Shown here piece after piece: positions 24,192-40,120 of a DNA stretch of 64,000 bases. Each line of letters opens with the position of its first letter. The stretch's first letter is position 1. A model generated the notes under the pieces. That model saw only the letters and a program-made list of their open reading frames with translations, had not been told where the DNA came from and searched no databases. The DNA comes from the human T2T-CHM13v2.0 reference genome, Homo sapiens, in the NCBI RefSeq assembly GCF_009914755.1, contig NC_060926.1. One strand, 5' to 3'. The position numbers and the translations under genes were made by a program.

Positions 24192-25834
24192 TATTAGGGT
24201 TCTGCCTTATACTTTCTTTTGAGAAAGTGATCTGTTTTGAAAAAAAGAAAAGTTGGAAAATTACAGAAATGATCCATACTAATGGAAGTGGAGGCATTAG
24301 TCTGTGAATCCTCCTAGGTTGAATTTTAACAACGATATTCTGGAGGTAAAACCTTGTGGGACTAAGAAAGTGTGAAAGTGAAGGATGGACATTTATGGAC
24401 AGTTCTTATGTGACCTCAAATCACATGGACAGCCAGCCTCTTCAACTTAGATGTGGAAGACAAGCATTGCCTCCATATTAGCAACAGGAAAACATTCTCT
24501 CTGGATATCTGCAAAAATATCTTAACATTATTTTTCTTTTTCCATTTCTTTGTGGCCTCATTTGCTTTTTGCAGTCTTTGGTGTAGTACAGTGCTAGGGG
24601 TAGAAATGGAAATTTGTATTTTCCTGGAGAAAACATAAAACACAGTTAAATAAGGGCTGGTTTATAGTGTCTCACGATTCACCTAGTAAGTCACAAATAG
24701 AATGATGAATGGCTCTTCAGTCATGAACACCCACAGCATTAATCGAAAAAGATTATCATAACATATAAGGTCTCTTTTCTCCTCCTGCAATGTGGTAGAA
24801 TTACAAGATTAGTTCTCTCTTATGGCAGAGAAGAGTTTCTGCTCCAGACCCAGTATTTTTAATTCATCTTGGGAACTAGTCTAGGAACAAGCAACAGGAT
24901 GCAGGGACTGAAAACACCTAGGTTCTATCATACATACAACTTTCAAGAATTCTTTTTGTATTTAATTAAACCAGATATTTTTGCCTTATAACATCTTGTT
25001 GATGGTAGGAGCTACTTATTTGTTTTGGGGTAGGGGTACTAGTGAACAGAAACAGTGAAGCGTGATTCTCCCCAGTTTACCCCCACCCCTCCATTTCAGG
25101 GTCAGCATAGTTCATTTTTCCATAAATCATTTTTTAAGCAAGATCCTCAGTCAAAATTCTGGCTTTTATATAGAAAAAAGAATTCTGATCCTTTGTGTCT
25201 CCGTAATCAGCTAAGCTCCTCAAGTCTCACTTTCAGTTAGCGTGAGTAAGAACAGAAGCCATTTGTTCTGACTTGGCTAATAACCACGTCTCAAGAAAGC
25301 TGGACCTTGCTGCCTGATGGTGCTGCAAGGAAATAAATGTTTTTCTCTGATGGAGCACTCACACAGTCGGGTTTGTGTTGTAAAACGGAGGAAATTATCC
25401 AACGGCTGTAATTACAGTGACTCATTGACACAAATGCTGAGAGGCAGATGTGGCATAAATAATGAGAGAACACAAAGAAGACTCTTCATTATCAAATCCA
25501 GCCTTCACATCTTCATCATCTTCAACCATGAGAATCCCTCTTTCCCCCAAGGCTCTTTGATTATTCTTCCACCTGGAGAACTGGGTGGTGGATATCAGAC
25601 TGACCTATGAGAGTAACGCAAAATGCAAATGTGAGCCATCCTCTAAGACTGCAAACTGTGTGCCATCAAATGAAAACTGCCATATGGATGGAATAAATAA
25701 GGCATATTTAGGGACTGTGCCAAAACCACAGAGCAAAAGAGAAACCCAAACCAAAGCATGACTCCAACAAAAGTCAGGCTGAGCCATGAGGAGACAGTAA
25801 TAAACTGCAGTGAAATCAATTTCCTCAGCAGCAT

Positions 25835-26345
25835 AGATGGTAGCTAGCACAGGAGGACAGAGCTGTTTTGAAGTCAGACACACCTGGATGACTTTAGAGA
25901 GTCACTGATGCTCTCTCAGCCTCAATTATCTCCGTTATAAAATGGGGGACTTGTTTTAGGGAACAGAGAACTAACTCTTACAAAGCTGTGAGAATTAAGA
26001 GGTAATAAACATGAGCATAAGGCCAGGTGTGGTGGCTCATGCCTGGAATCCCAGCACTTTGGGAGGCCAAGGATCATTTGAGTCCAGGAATTGAGACCAG
26101 CCTGAGCAACCTGCAGAAACCTCATCTTTACAAAAAATACAAAAATTAGCCAGGCAGGGTGGTGCATGACTGAAATCCTAGCTACTTGGGAGGCTGAGGT
26201 TGGAGGATCACTTGAGCTCAGGAGATTTAGGCTGTGGTGAGCCATTATTGCGCTACCACACTCCAGCCTTGGTGACAGAGCAAGACTCTGTCCCCGTCCC
26301 CCACCCCAAAAAAAACCACAACCATGAGTGTAAAAGGTGAGCATG
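25835..26345 (+). mobile_element. MIR split by an Alu
   Basis: ttttgaagtcagacacacctgg...ctcagcctcaattatctcc..tataaaatgggg...gctgtgagaattaaga; resumes after the Alu TSD. Confidence 0.6.
26021..26315 (+). mobile_element. AluJ SINE
   Basis: Dimeric Alu with J-type ggaggatcacttgagc; degenerate TSD aacatgagcataa / accatgagtgtaa. Confidence 0.92.
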
Positions 26346-26677
26346 ACTCTAGGGATATATCCTCAAGAAATGGTAGTATTTGTTTCGATTTTCTAATAAG
26401 AATGGGGTCTGGATATGCGTTGAGAAGTGCTCAGAACAAAGCACTCACTCGCTCACTTGCTCTCCTTCCCCTCCCCAAACTTCTTGTCCTCTCCTCCCAC
26501 CGGCAGATATGCCATCCGTATGATAGGAAGTTGAATCCCCATTGAGTGTATTGACAGAGCTAGTTAAAATAATGGATGTTTAGAAGGGAGAACAACATGA
26601 AATTAGTTATCATCCACTTAAATACTTATATAATTTATTCAAGTTTACCTTGGAATCAGATACTTAGAGAGGAAACT

Positions 26678-26920
26678 CAGCGTAGTCTTAAAGAGCATGG
26701 ACTTGGGAGACTGCCTGTGTTCATATCCCACCTCCCACTTGCTACTTTGTGACCTTGGGCACTTAAATCTGTTTGTATTCCAGTTTTCTTTTCGTAAAGT
26801 GGGGAAAGTTATCCATATAATGCTATGAGAGTTACAAGAGTTAATTTTGGTAAAGTGCTTGGGATATTTATCACCTGGCAATTAGTAGGTGCTACTTAAG
26901 TGTTTATTAAATAAATAAAC
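26678..26920 (+). mobile_element. MIR SINE
   Basis: aagagcatggactt...tgtgaccttgggc...gtaaagtggg...gtaaagtgctt...cacctggca..tagtaggtgct. Confidence 0.8.
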
Positions 26921-27181
26921 ACTAATAGATAGGTATGGTGTGGTGGGATATAAAGGATAACTAGTAAAAATTACATTTTTATCTTTTTATTCAGGTTTTT
27001 ACCAGAAATTTGAAAAATATAAAATTTTAATTAAAGGTCCCGACAGTGATAACAAATACTTAGTTTAACGTTATACCTTTTAGAAGAAAACAAATGGTAA
27101 GCCTTGTCTGCAATGATATGAAAAGAGAAAGACATATCTTACAATTTCTACATCATGAGCACTGTATTGACTAAAGCCTGA

Positions 27182-27520
<339 letters not shown>

Positions 27521-30432
27521 AGTTTCTACTTTTTGTCTTTGTTTTTGCATCTTATAGTATTCCAAAATGTCAATTTATAATGGTGATACCTGTAACAACT
27601 ACTTTATTTCTTTATATTTTTATGACATGAATGAGGACATTTAATTAATTATGTATTTTTTCTATTTACAGATTTTTTATTAAGTTGAATACCATAAAAA
27701 TCCAGCATTAGCGCTAAAATATCAATGTTAATTATATTGCTGCTAATACTAGTTAGTAGTAACACTGTTAGTACTGCTGATAAGAATGACAACAGAGCAC
27801 CTGAGCTAGTCCAGTGAATTGTGCATTTTTAAGCCAACATCTCATTTGCGATTTCTGCCTTTTTTCACTAAAGTAAATGTATTTTTTATGACCATAGAGT
27901 AGCAATCTGTATTTTTAGTTCCAATAGAAGTTCGACATTCCAAGACTGTCACACACTCTGTATTTGTGTTTTTCACCCACTTCACATTTATTGCAAATTA
28001 TTCATTCATTCATTTATTCATTCATTCATCCGATACTGATAATCTATGAGATGCTAGAATCTTTTCTTAGAACTTAGATACTAAAGTGAGGAATTTTCAG
28101 AATTGTTTTCACTAATGTTCACTACGGTTAGTAGCTTTTACATATTTTGGAATCTGGAGAACAATGAGTGGATAAAATTCATAGCCTTGAACAGTCATTT
28201 AAAAATTTGGAAACATTCACCAATTAGTGGATTTCTCTTTGTAGTATAAGTATACCATGGTGGAAGCATTTCCCCTCTGGGAACAAGGAAATCCAGACCC
28301 AAAAGAGATTAAAGTTTTAGGTACAGGACACACCAGTCCCTCACATGGGTACCATGGGAATGATGATAAACAAGGCTGCTTATACTTTTACTCCTAGGTT
28401 CCCAAGCCCATATTTTCTATCTATTAGGGGCACAGTACCATAAAATGGTCATTGATTTAGAGTGTATATGCTGTCCTGAAGGACACCAAACATTCAAGGT
28501 ACATATTCTGGTTGGCACTCTAGGTGCATCTTCAAAAGGTGTTTTCATGCCATGTCAAGCTGGCAACTTCTGGGTGATGCAGGACCAGTGTGATAGGACC
28601 AGTGGATTCCATAGTCTTATGCCCATTTCTGTATTTCTTTTACTGTAGAATGGGTCCTTTGTTTTGAGGTAATATTATGAAGAAACCAGTGTCAGTGGAT
28701 CAATCTCTAAGTGCCTGAGTAGAGGTGCTGAAAAAGATCCTGTGGGCATGAAAGGCAGATAAGTGTTAATCTCAGTGAAGATAAACTGCTGCCCTCCGTC
28801 AGAGTGGAAGGAGTTCAATGTAATGAACTTGCCACAAGTAGCTGATTGAACTTGATGGATGGTGCCATAATGGGGGTTCGGCATTGGTTCTTATTGTTGA
28901 CAGGTTAGATAATAGGCAGAGGCAAAGGCTGGATGGTCCCTGGTCAGTGGGAACTCTTACTTTTGGCTTTATGTGTAGCTTCCATTCCTGCTACCCTGGC
29001 TACTACATTCACAAGCTTATTGTGCCAGGACAGGAGAGGCTAGCTGACATCAGGTCACTGGGCCATTTCATCTACTTACTGGTTCATGGCCCCTTATTTA
29101 ACATGTGCTCTTTGATAAGTGTTAACATGTGATACCAAGGTATTTATACTCCATGCTCACACCTATAAATCCATCTGCAGGATTCTATCCCAGACCTCCT
29201 ACTCTCTGAGCTTCTAACCTTCTTCCTTCCAGGACCTGGACTATGTAGCCATATATTTTCTTTACCTAAGGCCACTTCTGTTCTACACAAAGTGCATGAC
29301 AATATCTACCACTGAAAACTATTTATTCTGAGGGTTTCTGCTTATTGCCACCTTTCAAGGCCCTCCCTGAGTAGGACTGTGGCTTAGGAAGAGTTCCTTT
29401 TCAGCTTTCACTCACTGGGCTGAACTATCTTTAAACCAAGCTCAACCATTTTCCTCCTTCATGAGCTACTCACATGGGACACTCAGCATGGCCATAGCAT
29501 GACCTGAGGGTGAGGAGGTAGTGCAATGATGGTAGATGACCTGGAATTCTGTGGCACCTACTTATGCAGCTTACTTTGGACCTGCTCATGTCTACTCCTG
29601 AGTGAACCACTCTGTCTTACGATGAAGTGTGTCTGGCCCCACTTCTTATGACTTGGTGAATCTGGCAGAAGCCAAATCATGATATATAGTTCTGCCAGTG
29701 TGGCCATTTGATGCCCCATGACAAGATGCTACCAGGACCTGATTTTAAAATGGTGAATATTTCTGGGCTTTAGATGGCATGGCCTTGGTCCAGAGACTTA
29801 GGGATGCTTGCCATAAACCCTATACAGCATATCTTCCCACACAGACACCAGATGGGTCATAGGGAGCAAATGACAGGGCTGCTTGCATCACAGAAACAGA
29901 GCTCTTTCTGCATCTGGATCCCAATGAAATCTGCTAGTTTTCTATGTCACTCTGTAAATGGGTCACAGCAGCATTCCCAAGAGTGAATACAGTGCTGTTC
30001 CATTGTATTATGCCTTTTTATGTGTGTTATTGGGTGTTTCGAAATGTATTACTTTGTCCTTTACTTTGGAGGAAATATCCTACTATGTCCCAGACCACCA
30101 AACTCCTAAAATCTTCAGTGAATATTTGGAGGAATTACCTCTTACTGTCTAGAGCACCATGTATTTTACCAAGTCCTGCAGGAGCCTACAACTTCATGAT
30201 CACGCTGGCTGATTAAAATTATATGGACCAATATGACCTTGTTCTGGTACCTCTAGACATGTGAATATAAACTACTTTTAATTCTTTTTGCTGATATGGG
30301 TGGAAAATGATGCATTCATCAGATCAATGGCCATTTACAGTGCCCTTGCCCTCTGTTTCAGCAAAGGTACCATACTTGTCACATCAGTTCCAATCAAGGC
30401 TACTACTTGTTTAAGTTTATAACCATCTATAA

Positions 30433-30866
<434 letters not shown>

Positions 30867-31262
30867 TTACATTTTTATGGGTGACACTAATTATTACCTA
30901 ATGTTCCAGGGATATTGTATTATTTTGGATTTAATTATTTATTATTTTGGTTGAGATAGGGGCAATTATAGGGCCTCCACTTAGTCTTCCCGAGTTGTAC
31001 CATTACAAGTATGTTGTTTCCAACTCTGCATTTTGGGACAAGAGAAGTGTTTAAAGTTATGTCCATGGATCCAGCAGATCCATCTCATTTTTATCTTATG
31101 ACAGGATTCCATTTATTATCTGGCTACTGCAGGTCCCAACAGTAACAGTGGCCACAATAACACTTTGGGTTCCTCAGTATCAGTGCCGATTTGGACCTAG
31201 TATCCAACTATCCTCAAAATATTTTAGTATTTTTCTTACTCCAGTATGTGACTATCTGAGTA

Positions 31263-32132
31263 CAGTAGTGGGGGATACATTGTAAGACCCCCAGTGGATG
31301 TCTGGAACTATGGATAGTACCAATGCCTATATATATAGATGCCCCTCAACTTACAGTACAATTACATCCCAGTAAATCCATTGTAAGTTGAAAATATTGT
31401 AAGTGAAAAATGCATTTAATACACCTAACCTACCAAACATCATAGGTTATTCTAGCATTAAACATTCTCAGAACACGTACATCAGCCTACAATTGGGCAA
31501 GATCATCTAACACAAAGCCTATTTTATAATAAAGTACTTAATATCTCATGTAATTTATTGACTATTGTACATTATGTCAACATTGTGATGGTTTAGCGCC
31601 ACTGTACAGTCAAAAATCTCATGAATACTGTATGTCAAAATTGTGATGTTTGGCACCATTATAAATTCAAAAAATCATAAGTTGAAAGATCATTAGTCTG
31701 GATCATCTATACTATACTTTTTTTCTATACATAAATAACTATGATAAAGTTTAATTTATAAATAAGGTGAATTAAGAAATTAACAACAATAACTAATAAT
31801 AAAATAGAACTATTATAACAATATGATATCATCACTACTCTTGTGCTTTGGGGCCATTATTGTGTAAAATAAGGGTTACTTAAACATAAGCACTGCCATA
31901 CTGCAACAGTCTATCTAGTAACCAAGATGACTGCTAAGTGATTAATGGGCAGGTAATATAAGCAGAGTGAATACACTAGACAAAAAGATGATGCGCACTG
32001 GTTAGAATAGGGTGCAATTTAAAACTTATGAATTATTCACTTCTGGAATTTTCCATGTAATATTTTCAAATCTTGGTTAACCACAGGTAAATGAAACTGG
32101 AAATCAAAACTGCAGATAAGGGGTGACTACTG
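31263..32132 (+). mobile_element. MER44B-type Tigger MITE, interrupted by MER47
   Basis: cagtagt..ggggatac...aagacccccagtggatg start; atgataaagtttaatttataaat...gcagataaggggtgactactg end; TA flanks. Confidence 0.85.
31336..31709 (+). mobile_element. MER47-type Tigger MITE nested in MER44B
   Basis: agatgcccctcaacttac...gtaagttgaaaatattgtaag...catttaatacacctaacctacc...cagcctacaattgggcaa; inserted in a TA run. Confidence 0.85.
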
Positions 32133-33039
32133 TAAATAGCTTTATAAGAACTGGGAAATCCTTTCAATCCATACTTGCCTTGGTATTGCAAAGCCTTTCT
32201 TCATCTATACTTAGCCTCTCCCTCAGTCAGTGGAATTTAAATATTATAATTGGTTCAGGCCTGGAAATTAAGCAAAGGATTTATGACTTTTTCTTGGGCT
32301 GGCTGGTCTCAGCCTTCTGATTATCCATTCTTGATTTCTTCTTATTACAACAAAGAATAAACAGTACCCTTGTTGGCCACTGATCTATTTTGCCCTTGGA
32401 CTTCAATGTTCAATTAACCATCTCCATACTCTCTGTGGGTCAGGTCCCAAGACTGTCATTCTGACCTTGCTATTTATTTTGATAATTGTGATCACTTTCC
32501 TTCTGATGCTAAGGTGTCATCACCTGGCCTCAATTATTTGTGTTTCTGTCATCTCATTGCTGCTAGAGAGCCCAGCTCTGTAACAGCATCTCTTATTGTC
32601 AGCCCTGGACTATAGCCGTAGAGATAGCCATAATTGTGTTTCTAAAGCTGGTACCCCTTGCCACCAGTCTACCTTAAAGAAGAATGGGTCACTTCTACAA
32701 AACCTTGAAGTCTCAGAGAATTAAAATTTCAAGGTTCTAGAGTGCATCAACCTGAGATTTCCTCAACCCAAGTGACAGAGATAAAAAGAGTTGTGCTGCT
32801 TAATCTATCCTGTAAGACATTTTATTTATTTTCCTTACAACTTTTTGTTTTTAAAAACTTCTCAGTCTTCCTCAATTATGATTATTAGAATCCCCAACTA
32901 ATGAAAGTTACAGTTTTATTCATAGTCTATAGGCTTCTGATTAGGTACCTATATTCGATGGAATATATTTAAAATTTAAATAGACTTTTTATTTTGAGAT
33001 AATTGTAGATTCACATGTAGCTGTAAGAAATAATACAGA

Positions 33040-33373
<334 letters not shown>

Positions 33374-34913
33374 TTACTCAAGTTCGACCAGTGGTAACAT
33401 TTTGCAAAACTATAAATTCAGTATCATAGCCACGATATTGATATTTATAAGCAAGATACATAACATTTCTGTCACCACAGGGATCGCTCATGTGGCCCTT
33501 TTGCAGCCACACCTACTTCTCTCTCACCTGCAGCTCCTCCTTAACCCCTGGAAACACTAATCTGTTCTCCATTTCTCTAACTTTATCATTTCAAGAATGT
33601 TATATAAATGGTATACAGAGATACCATTAGGTAAATATATACTCATCATAATTCTCTGAAGATTCATTCAGGTTGTTGTGTAAATCATTTGTCTGTTGCT
33701 TTTTAGTGCTGAGTATGATTCCATTTAACTGTTAACTCACTGCAGGACACCAGGTTGTTCCAGTTTGGGGCTACTGTGAATAAAGCTGTTATACACATTA
33801 ACATGTGAGTTTTTGTGTGAACACAGATTTTCATTTATCTCATATTAATGTCCAGGAGAAAAAAATGTGGGTCATACTGTAGTTGCATGTTTAATTTTTA
33901 AAGAAATTATGACTTTTCAGGGCAGTTGTGCCATTTTACATTCCCAGAAGCAATGCATCAGTAACTCAGTTTCTCTGTGTCCTTGCTCGCATTTGGTTGA
34001 GTTTTTCAATCCATAAACATGGTACATCTCTTGATTTATTTAGATATTCTTTGATTTCTTTCATCAGAATTTTGTAGTTTTCATCATATAAGTCCTATAT
34101 ATGTTTGTTTTATTAGATTTGCACCTAAGTATTCCATTATTTTCTTGAGTGATTGCAAGTGGAAGCGTATTTTTAATTCGATTGCACCCACATGTTTACA
34201 TCTAGTATTGAGAAATACAGATGAGTTTTGTATGTTTACCATGTGTCCTAAGACCTTGCTGATCAAACTTACTAGTTCTGGGAGGGGTGTGTGTATGTGT
34301 ATGTGTGTACCATTAAGCATATGTCACCTGTAAGATGTTTGCAGATGTCTTTTATCAACTTTAGAAATTCTCCTCTACTCCTATTTTTCTGATAGATTTT
34401 ATCTTGAATGGCTATTAAGTTTTATTAAATTTTTTCTGCATTGATTAATATAGTCATGTAATTTTTCTTCTTTAACCTATTGACATGGTAGATTACATTG
34501 ATTGATTTTTAAATATTGAACCAGGCTTTAATTCCTAGAATAAATCTCATGTAGTCATGGTTTATAATTCTTTTTATATATTGCTGAATTCTATCTCTAA
34601 TATTTTAAGAATTTTTGCATCTATATTTATTAGGGATATTAAATTGTCATTTCATTTGTTTGTTTCTTTCTTTAAACTGATTTTCTCTGATTTTTGGCAA
34701 CAGGGTAATGATAACTTCATAAAATAAATTGTTGAAGTGATCACTCATCACACTTTATAAAAGACTTTGAGTTGAATTGGTGTTAATTTTTCTTTAAACA
34801 ATTATGGGTATTTTCTGGTGAAATTATCTGGGCCTGCAGATTTCTTTTGGGGAGTTCTACAATTATGAATTCAATTACTTTAATAGTAAAGTTATATTTA
34901 AATTATCTCTTTT

Positions 34914-35300
<387 letters not shown>

Positions 35301-35457
35301 TTAGTCCATTTTGTTGAAGTTGTCAAACATATGTGTATAGAGATGTTCACTGTTTTCCCCTATTATCCTTTTAATGTCTGGAGAGACTATAAGGATATTC
35401 CCTGTTTTATTTCTGGCATTGGTAATTTTTATCTTCTCTCTTTTATTCTTTGTCACT

Positions 35458-35874
35458 TTTCTTAGTTTGTTTTGCATTGCTGTAAAGGGATACCTAAGGC
35501 TAAGTAATTTATAAAGAAAAGAGGTTTATTTGGCTCATGGTTTTGCAGGCTGTACAAGAAGTAAAGCACCAGCATCTGCTTCTAGTGAGAGCCTCAGGGA
35601 GTTTTCCATTATGGCAAAAGAGGAAAGAAAGCAGGCATGTCACATGGTGAGAAAGGGAGCGAAAAGAAGAGAGGAGGAATGGCCATGCTCTTTGTAACAA
35701 TCAGGTCTCATGTGAACTAATAGAGTGAGAACCCATTACCATAATCATTGCACCAACCCATTCAGGAGGGGTCTGCCCTCATGACTCACACATCTCCCAC
35801 TAGGTCCCACCTCCAACCCTTGGGATTGAATTTCAACATGAGATTTGAAGGGCACAAATGTCCTAATTATATCA
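35458..35874 (-). mobile_element. MSTB-like MaLR solo LTR
   Basis: cttagtttgttttgcattgct...gtaatttataaagaaaagaggtttatttggctcatgg...cccactaggtcccacctccaac...atatca; TSD tcact/tcaat. Confidence 0.9.
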
Positions 35875-36434
35875 TCAATCTTGCTACAAGTTTGTCAATT
35901 TTATTGAAAAACATTTCCAGGTTACTGACTTCTTCAGCTTCAATTTAAGGATACGTGAATCAGAAAGCATGCCTGGAGAACTTACTAATGTGTTGTTCCT
36001 TTGGTCTCAAGTTCCCCAGCAATTCTGCCTTGTCTCTACCTTTTGGAGTCTTCTTATGCTTGTTTCATATAAAATGTCCAGCGTTTTTAGCTGTATTTAG
36101 TGGAGAAATAGGAGAATTATGTTAATTTTATCTTCCTGCAAGCAGAAGCCAATAGAATAATTTTTATATGTATTAAACCTGTATCCCAAAGCAGGTATGA
36201 AACAAAAATACTGAATGGATTAGAAAAGACAATTTGGATGAAATGTGGATGCAGTTCCTTGCAAAGGAAAATGTGAAATATTGTCCTTGTCTATTATATT
36301 TTTTCTGAATATATGAAACAAATTTTGCTTTTCTCTTATTTTTGGTCATAGAGCCTACAGAGCCCTTAATATGTACAGAAAACATTTAATATGGGTTTGA
36401 GTTATAAGGTAAAGAGATGTAAAATTAAAGCCCT

Positions 36435-36734
<300 letters not shown>

Positions 36735-36792
36735 AAATTAAAGCCCTAGTAATTTGTAAATACAAAGATTGTATATTTTTCATCTTATAAAC

Positions 36793-37253
36793 TGTCTTAA
36801 TCCATTTTTATTCCTATAAAAGAATATCTAAGACTGGGTAATTTAGGAAGAATAGGGGTTTGTTTAGCCCGTAGTTCTATATGCTGAGAAGATCAAGGTC
36901 AAGGATCTGTCTTCTGGTGAGGGCATTCATGCTGCATTACAACATAGCAGAGAAGGTCAAAAAAAAAAAAAAAAAAAGGAGGAGACATGCAAAGAGGAGG
37001 AAAAGCTGAGGAGCATTCTGGCTTTATAACAACCCATTTTTGAGGGAACTAATCCATTCCTAGGCGAACAAATCCAGTCTTAGGAAAGTGAGAACTCACT
37101 ACTACAAGAACAGCACCAAGCCATTTATGAGGAACCTACCCCCATAACCCAAACACCACCCACTAGGTCCCACCTTTAAACGCTGACACATCGGGGATCA
37201 AATTTCAACATGAATTTTGGTGGAGAAAAACAATTAATATTCAAACCACAGCA
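36793..37253 (-). mobile_element. MST-family MaLR solo LTR
   Basis: tgtcttaatcc...agactgggtaattt...cccactaggtcccacc...ggggatcaaatttcaacatga...aaaccacagca; perfect 5 bp TSD TAAAC. Confidence 0.92.
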
Positions 37254-37337
37254 TAAACTTACAACCTAATAACCATAATAAACAATAAATTTATTTCCTA
37301 ATAATCGTATTTTCTTACAACGTTAGGAATAACTGAC

Positions 37338-37669
37338 AAATGGCAACTATCTATGAAGATTCACAGCTGTTAAAAATAATTATTTTTAATATTTACTGTC
37401 CATTATTTCTATACATTATATGGAAAGATAAAAAATATGTTAAACAAAGATTTTTATATGTATAGACCAATATATATATGCATACATATATTGCAATTTA
37501 TATACCAATAAATACACCAATATATATACACATATACATATATGTACATGTAAAACATTTTTGTTTAACATATTTTTCTCTTTCCATATCACAAATAGAA
37601 ACAATGTGCAGTAAACATTAAAACTAATTATGTTTAACAGCTATGAATCTACGTAGAGAGTTGTCATTT
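37338..37669. repeat. Long diverged inverted repeat (~126 bp arms, ~80 bp TA-rich spacer)
   Basis: 37338-37464 aligns to the reverse complement of 37543-37669 at roughly 84% by manual count. Confidence 0.92.
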
Positions 37670-38214
37670 AATAGTCTTTCCTTTCCCACTGAGACAATTT
37701 CAGGAAAGTAAACATATTCTTTTAATTGTTTAACTGCCTAAAAATAAATAAGGCTCTGGGGATTCATTTAATTATTCTCAGAATTAATTTAATTTTTCCA
37801 AATACGATAATTTAATTTGTGTGTGTGTTGTTTTGTTTTTCCAAAGGTCATAAAGTACATCAGTTCAAATATCCCTGTGTTTTGTTCATTAAATTTCCCT
37901 TTTTAAAAAAGAGAATTGCTTAAAGTACTAGGTTATTGATTTAGCATATAGTGAAGGTTTTCATGTGTTTGTGTAGAAGGACTCTCAGCCTGAACCAGGG
38001 CTAAACCATCTTAGGTTTTCCTAGAGCTATCTGGAGTACTGAGTAAGTGGCTGCTTACAATAGAGACATCACAGGAAATAACTCACCCTAAGGAAATGGA
38101 GTTTAGACAATAATTAGGTAGACAATAATACTCAGTACTATGTCAAAATTGGCCATTAAGCAGATCACAAGTAACTTCATCAGTTTAAGCTCAACATGAA
38201 ACATAAGAACCATA

Positions 38215-38345
38215 CTCATTAAAGAAAGAAACAATGCTGGGGAAATCTGTTCTCCCCGCTATTATCCAACATTTTAGTGGAGGCCCTAGTCCATGCAATA
38301 AGATAAGAAAAAGAAGAGTGGTTTGAAGATTAGAAAATGATCATA
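38215..38345 (+). mobile_element. L1 ORF2 (RT region) relic
   Basis: ctccccgctattatccaacattttagtggaggccctagtccatgcaataagataagaaaaag resembles [21 protein letters not shown]. Confidence 0.7.
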
Positions 38346-38384
38346 CAATAACTATTACTGTTATATTTTATTAAAATCCATCTA

Positions 38385-38696
38385 GAACTTGCAAGTCTAA
38401 TATGGTAGCCACTGACTTCATGTAGCTACTGAGCATTTGAAGTATGGCTAGTTGGAGTTGAGATGTGTCATAAGTGTAAAACACAGGTGAAATATTTTTA
38501 AAGATATATTTGAAAAAAATGCAAAATATCTCATTAAAAATGTTTATATTCAGAATAGAAGTAATATTTCAGATAGATAAGGTTAAATAATATAGATTGC
38601 TAAACTTAACCTGTTTCTTTTTACTTTTAAAAATGTTTACTAAAAATTTAAAATTGCATACTGACTCAAATTATATTTTTATTGCACAGCACTGTT
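38385..38696. mobile_element. MER33/MER3-type hAT-Charlie element
   Basis: aatatggtagccact...catgtagctactgagcatttgaa.tatggctag...ttatatttttattgcacagcactg. Confidence 0.75.
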
Positions 38697-39313
38697 CTAG
38701 AAAATTCAAGAGAATAAATTCACAAATTATTAGAAATTCTAAATTTCAAGTGTTTGAGAAAGTTTTAATTTATATTTTTAAAAGATTAGAGCAGATTAAA
38801 AAGTTATACATTTAATAATTCTATTTGGTCTAATTAGCATTTTTTAAAAGCTTTAGTGAGATCTAAATGGTAAAATTTAAAATTCTCTCATTTAAAAGGC
38901 ACAATTTAATGTTTTTTAGTATATTCATAAGGTTATAAAACTATCATCACAATCTAATTTTAGGACATTTTGTCACTCCTAAAAAATACTCATTAGCAGT
39001 CAATTCCCATTTCCCCTACCTTACCTCCTCAACCATAAGCTACCACTAATCTGTTTCCTATCTATATAAACTTGGTTTTTCTGCACATTTCATATAAATG
39101 ACATCATACTATATCTATATAGTATTTTTGTGACTGGCTGTTTTTCCTTAGCATAATGTTTTCATGTTGTAGTATTTACCAATACTTCCTTTCTTTTTAT
39201 TTCCAATATTTCATTATATGAATATACAACATTTCATTTATTCATTTATCAGTTAATAAGACATATGGGTTGTTTACCCTTTTGTCTATTATGAATAATG
39301 TTGCTATGAATAA

Positions 39314-39610
<297 letters not shown>

Positions 39611-39869
39611 AAGTTTTTGTATGTTTTTATTTCTCTTGGGTATATACCTTAGAAGTGGGATTTCTGGGACATATGGTATCTCTATGTTTAAAGTTTGAGG
39701 AACTGCCAAACTGTTTTTCAAAAGGTCTACACCATTTTACAATCACCCCCAATGTACAGGGGTTCTGATTTCTCTGCAGTCTCATCATCACTCATGATTC
39801 CCATCAGCCTCTGTATCCAGGAGGTTTATATTTGTTAATTCAACTGACCACAGATTGAAAATATTTGGG

Positions 39870-40120
39870 GGCCAGGGATAGTGGCTCACGCCTGTAATCC
39901 CAGCACTTTGGGAGGCTGAGGCGGGCAGATCACCTGAGGTCAGGAGTTCCAGACCAGACTGGCCAACAGAGGGAAACCCCATCTCTACTAAAAATACAAA
40001 AAACAAGTATCCAGGTGTGGTGACACATGCCTGTAGTCCCAGCTACTCAGGAGGCTGAGGCATGAGAATTGCTTGAACCTGGAGGTGGAGGCTAGCCTGG
40101 GTGACAGAGCGAGATTCTGT
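39870..40120 (+). mobile_element. AluS with right-arm deletion
   Basis: Alu body jumps ggaggtggagg to ctagcctggg (~30 bp missing); TSD GAAAATATTTG at 39857 and 40377. Confidence 0.93.

Noticed and set aside
25305-25330. REST/RE1-like motif (gctgcctgatggtgctgc)
   Set aside because: Half-site spacing is off by one and key positions mismatch.
28675-28884. Integrase-like ORF as a domesticated gene
   Set aside because: Short and frameshifted, catalytic motif degraded, surrounded by stops; a neutral ERVL relic.
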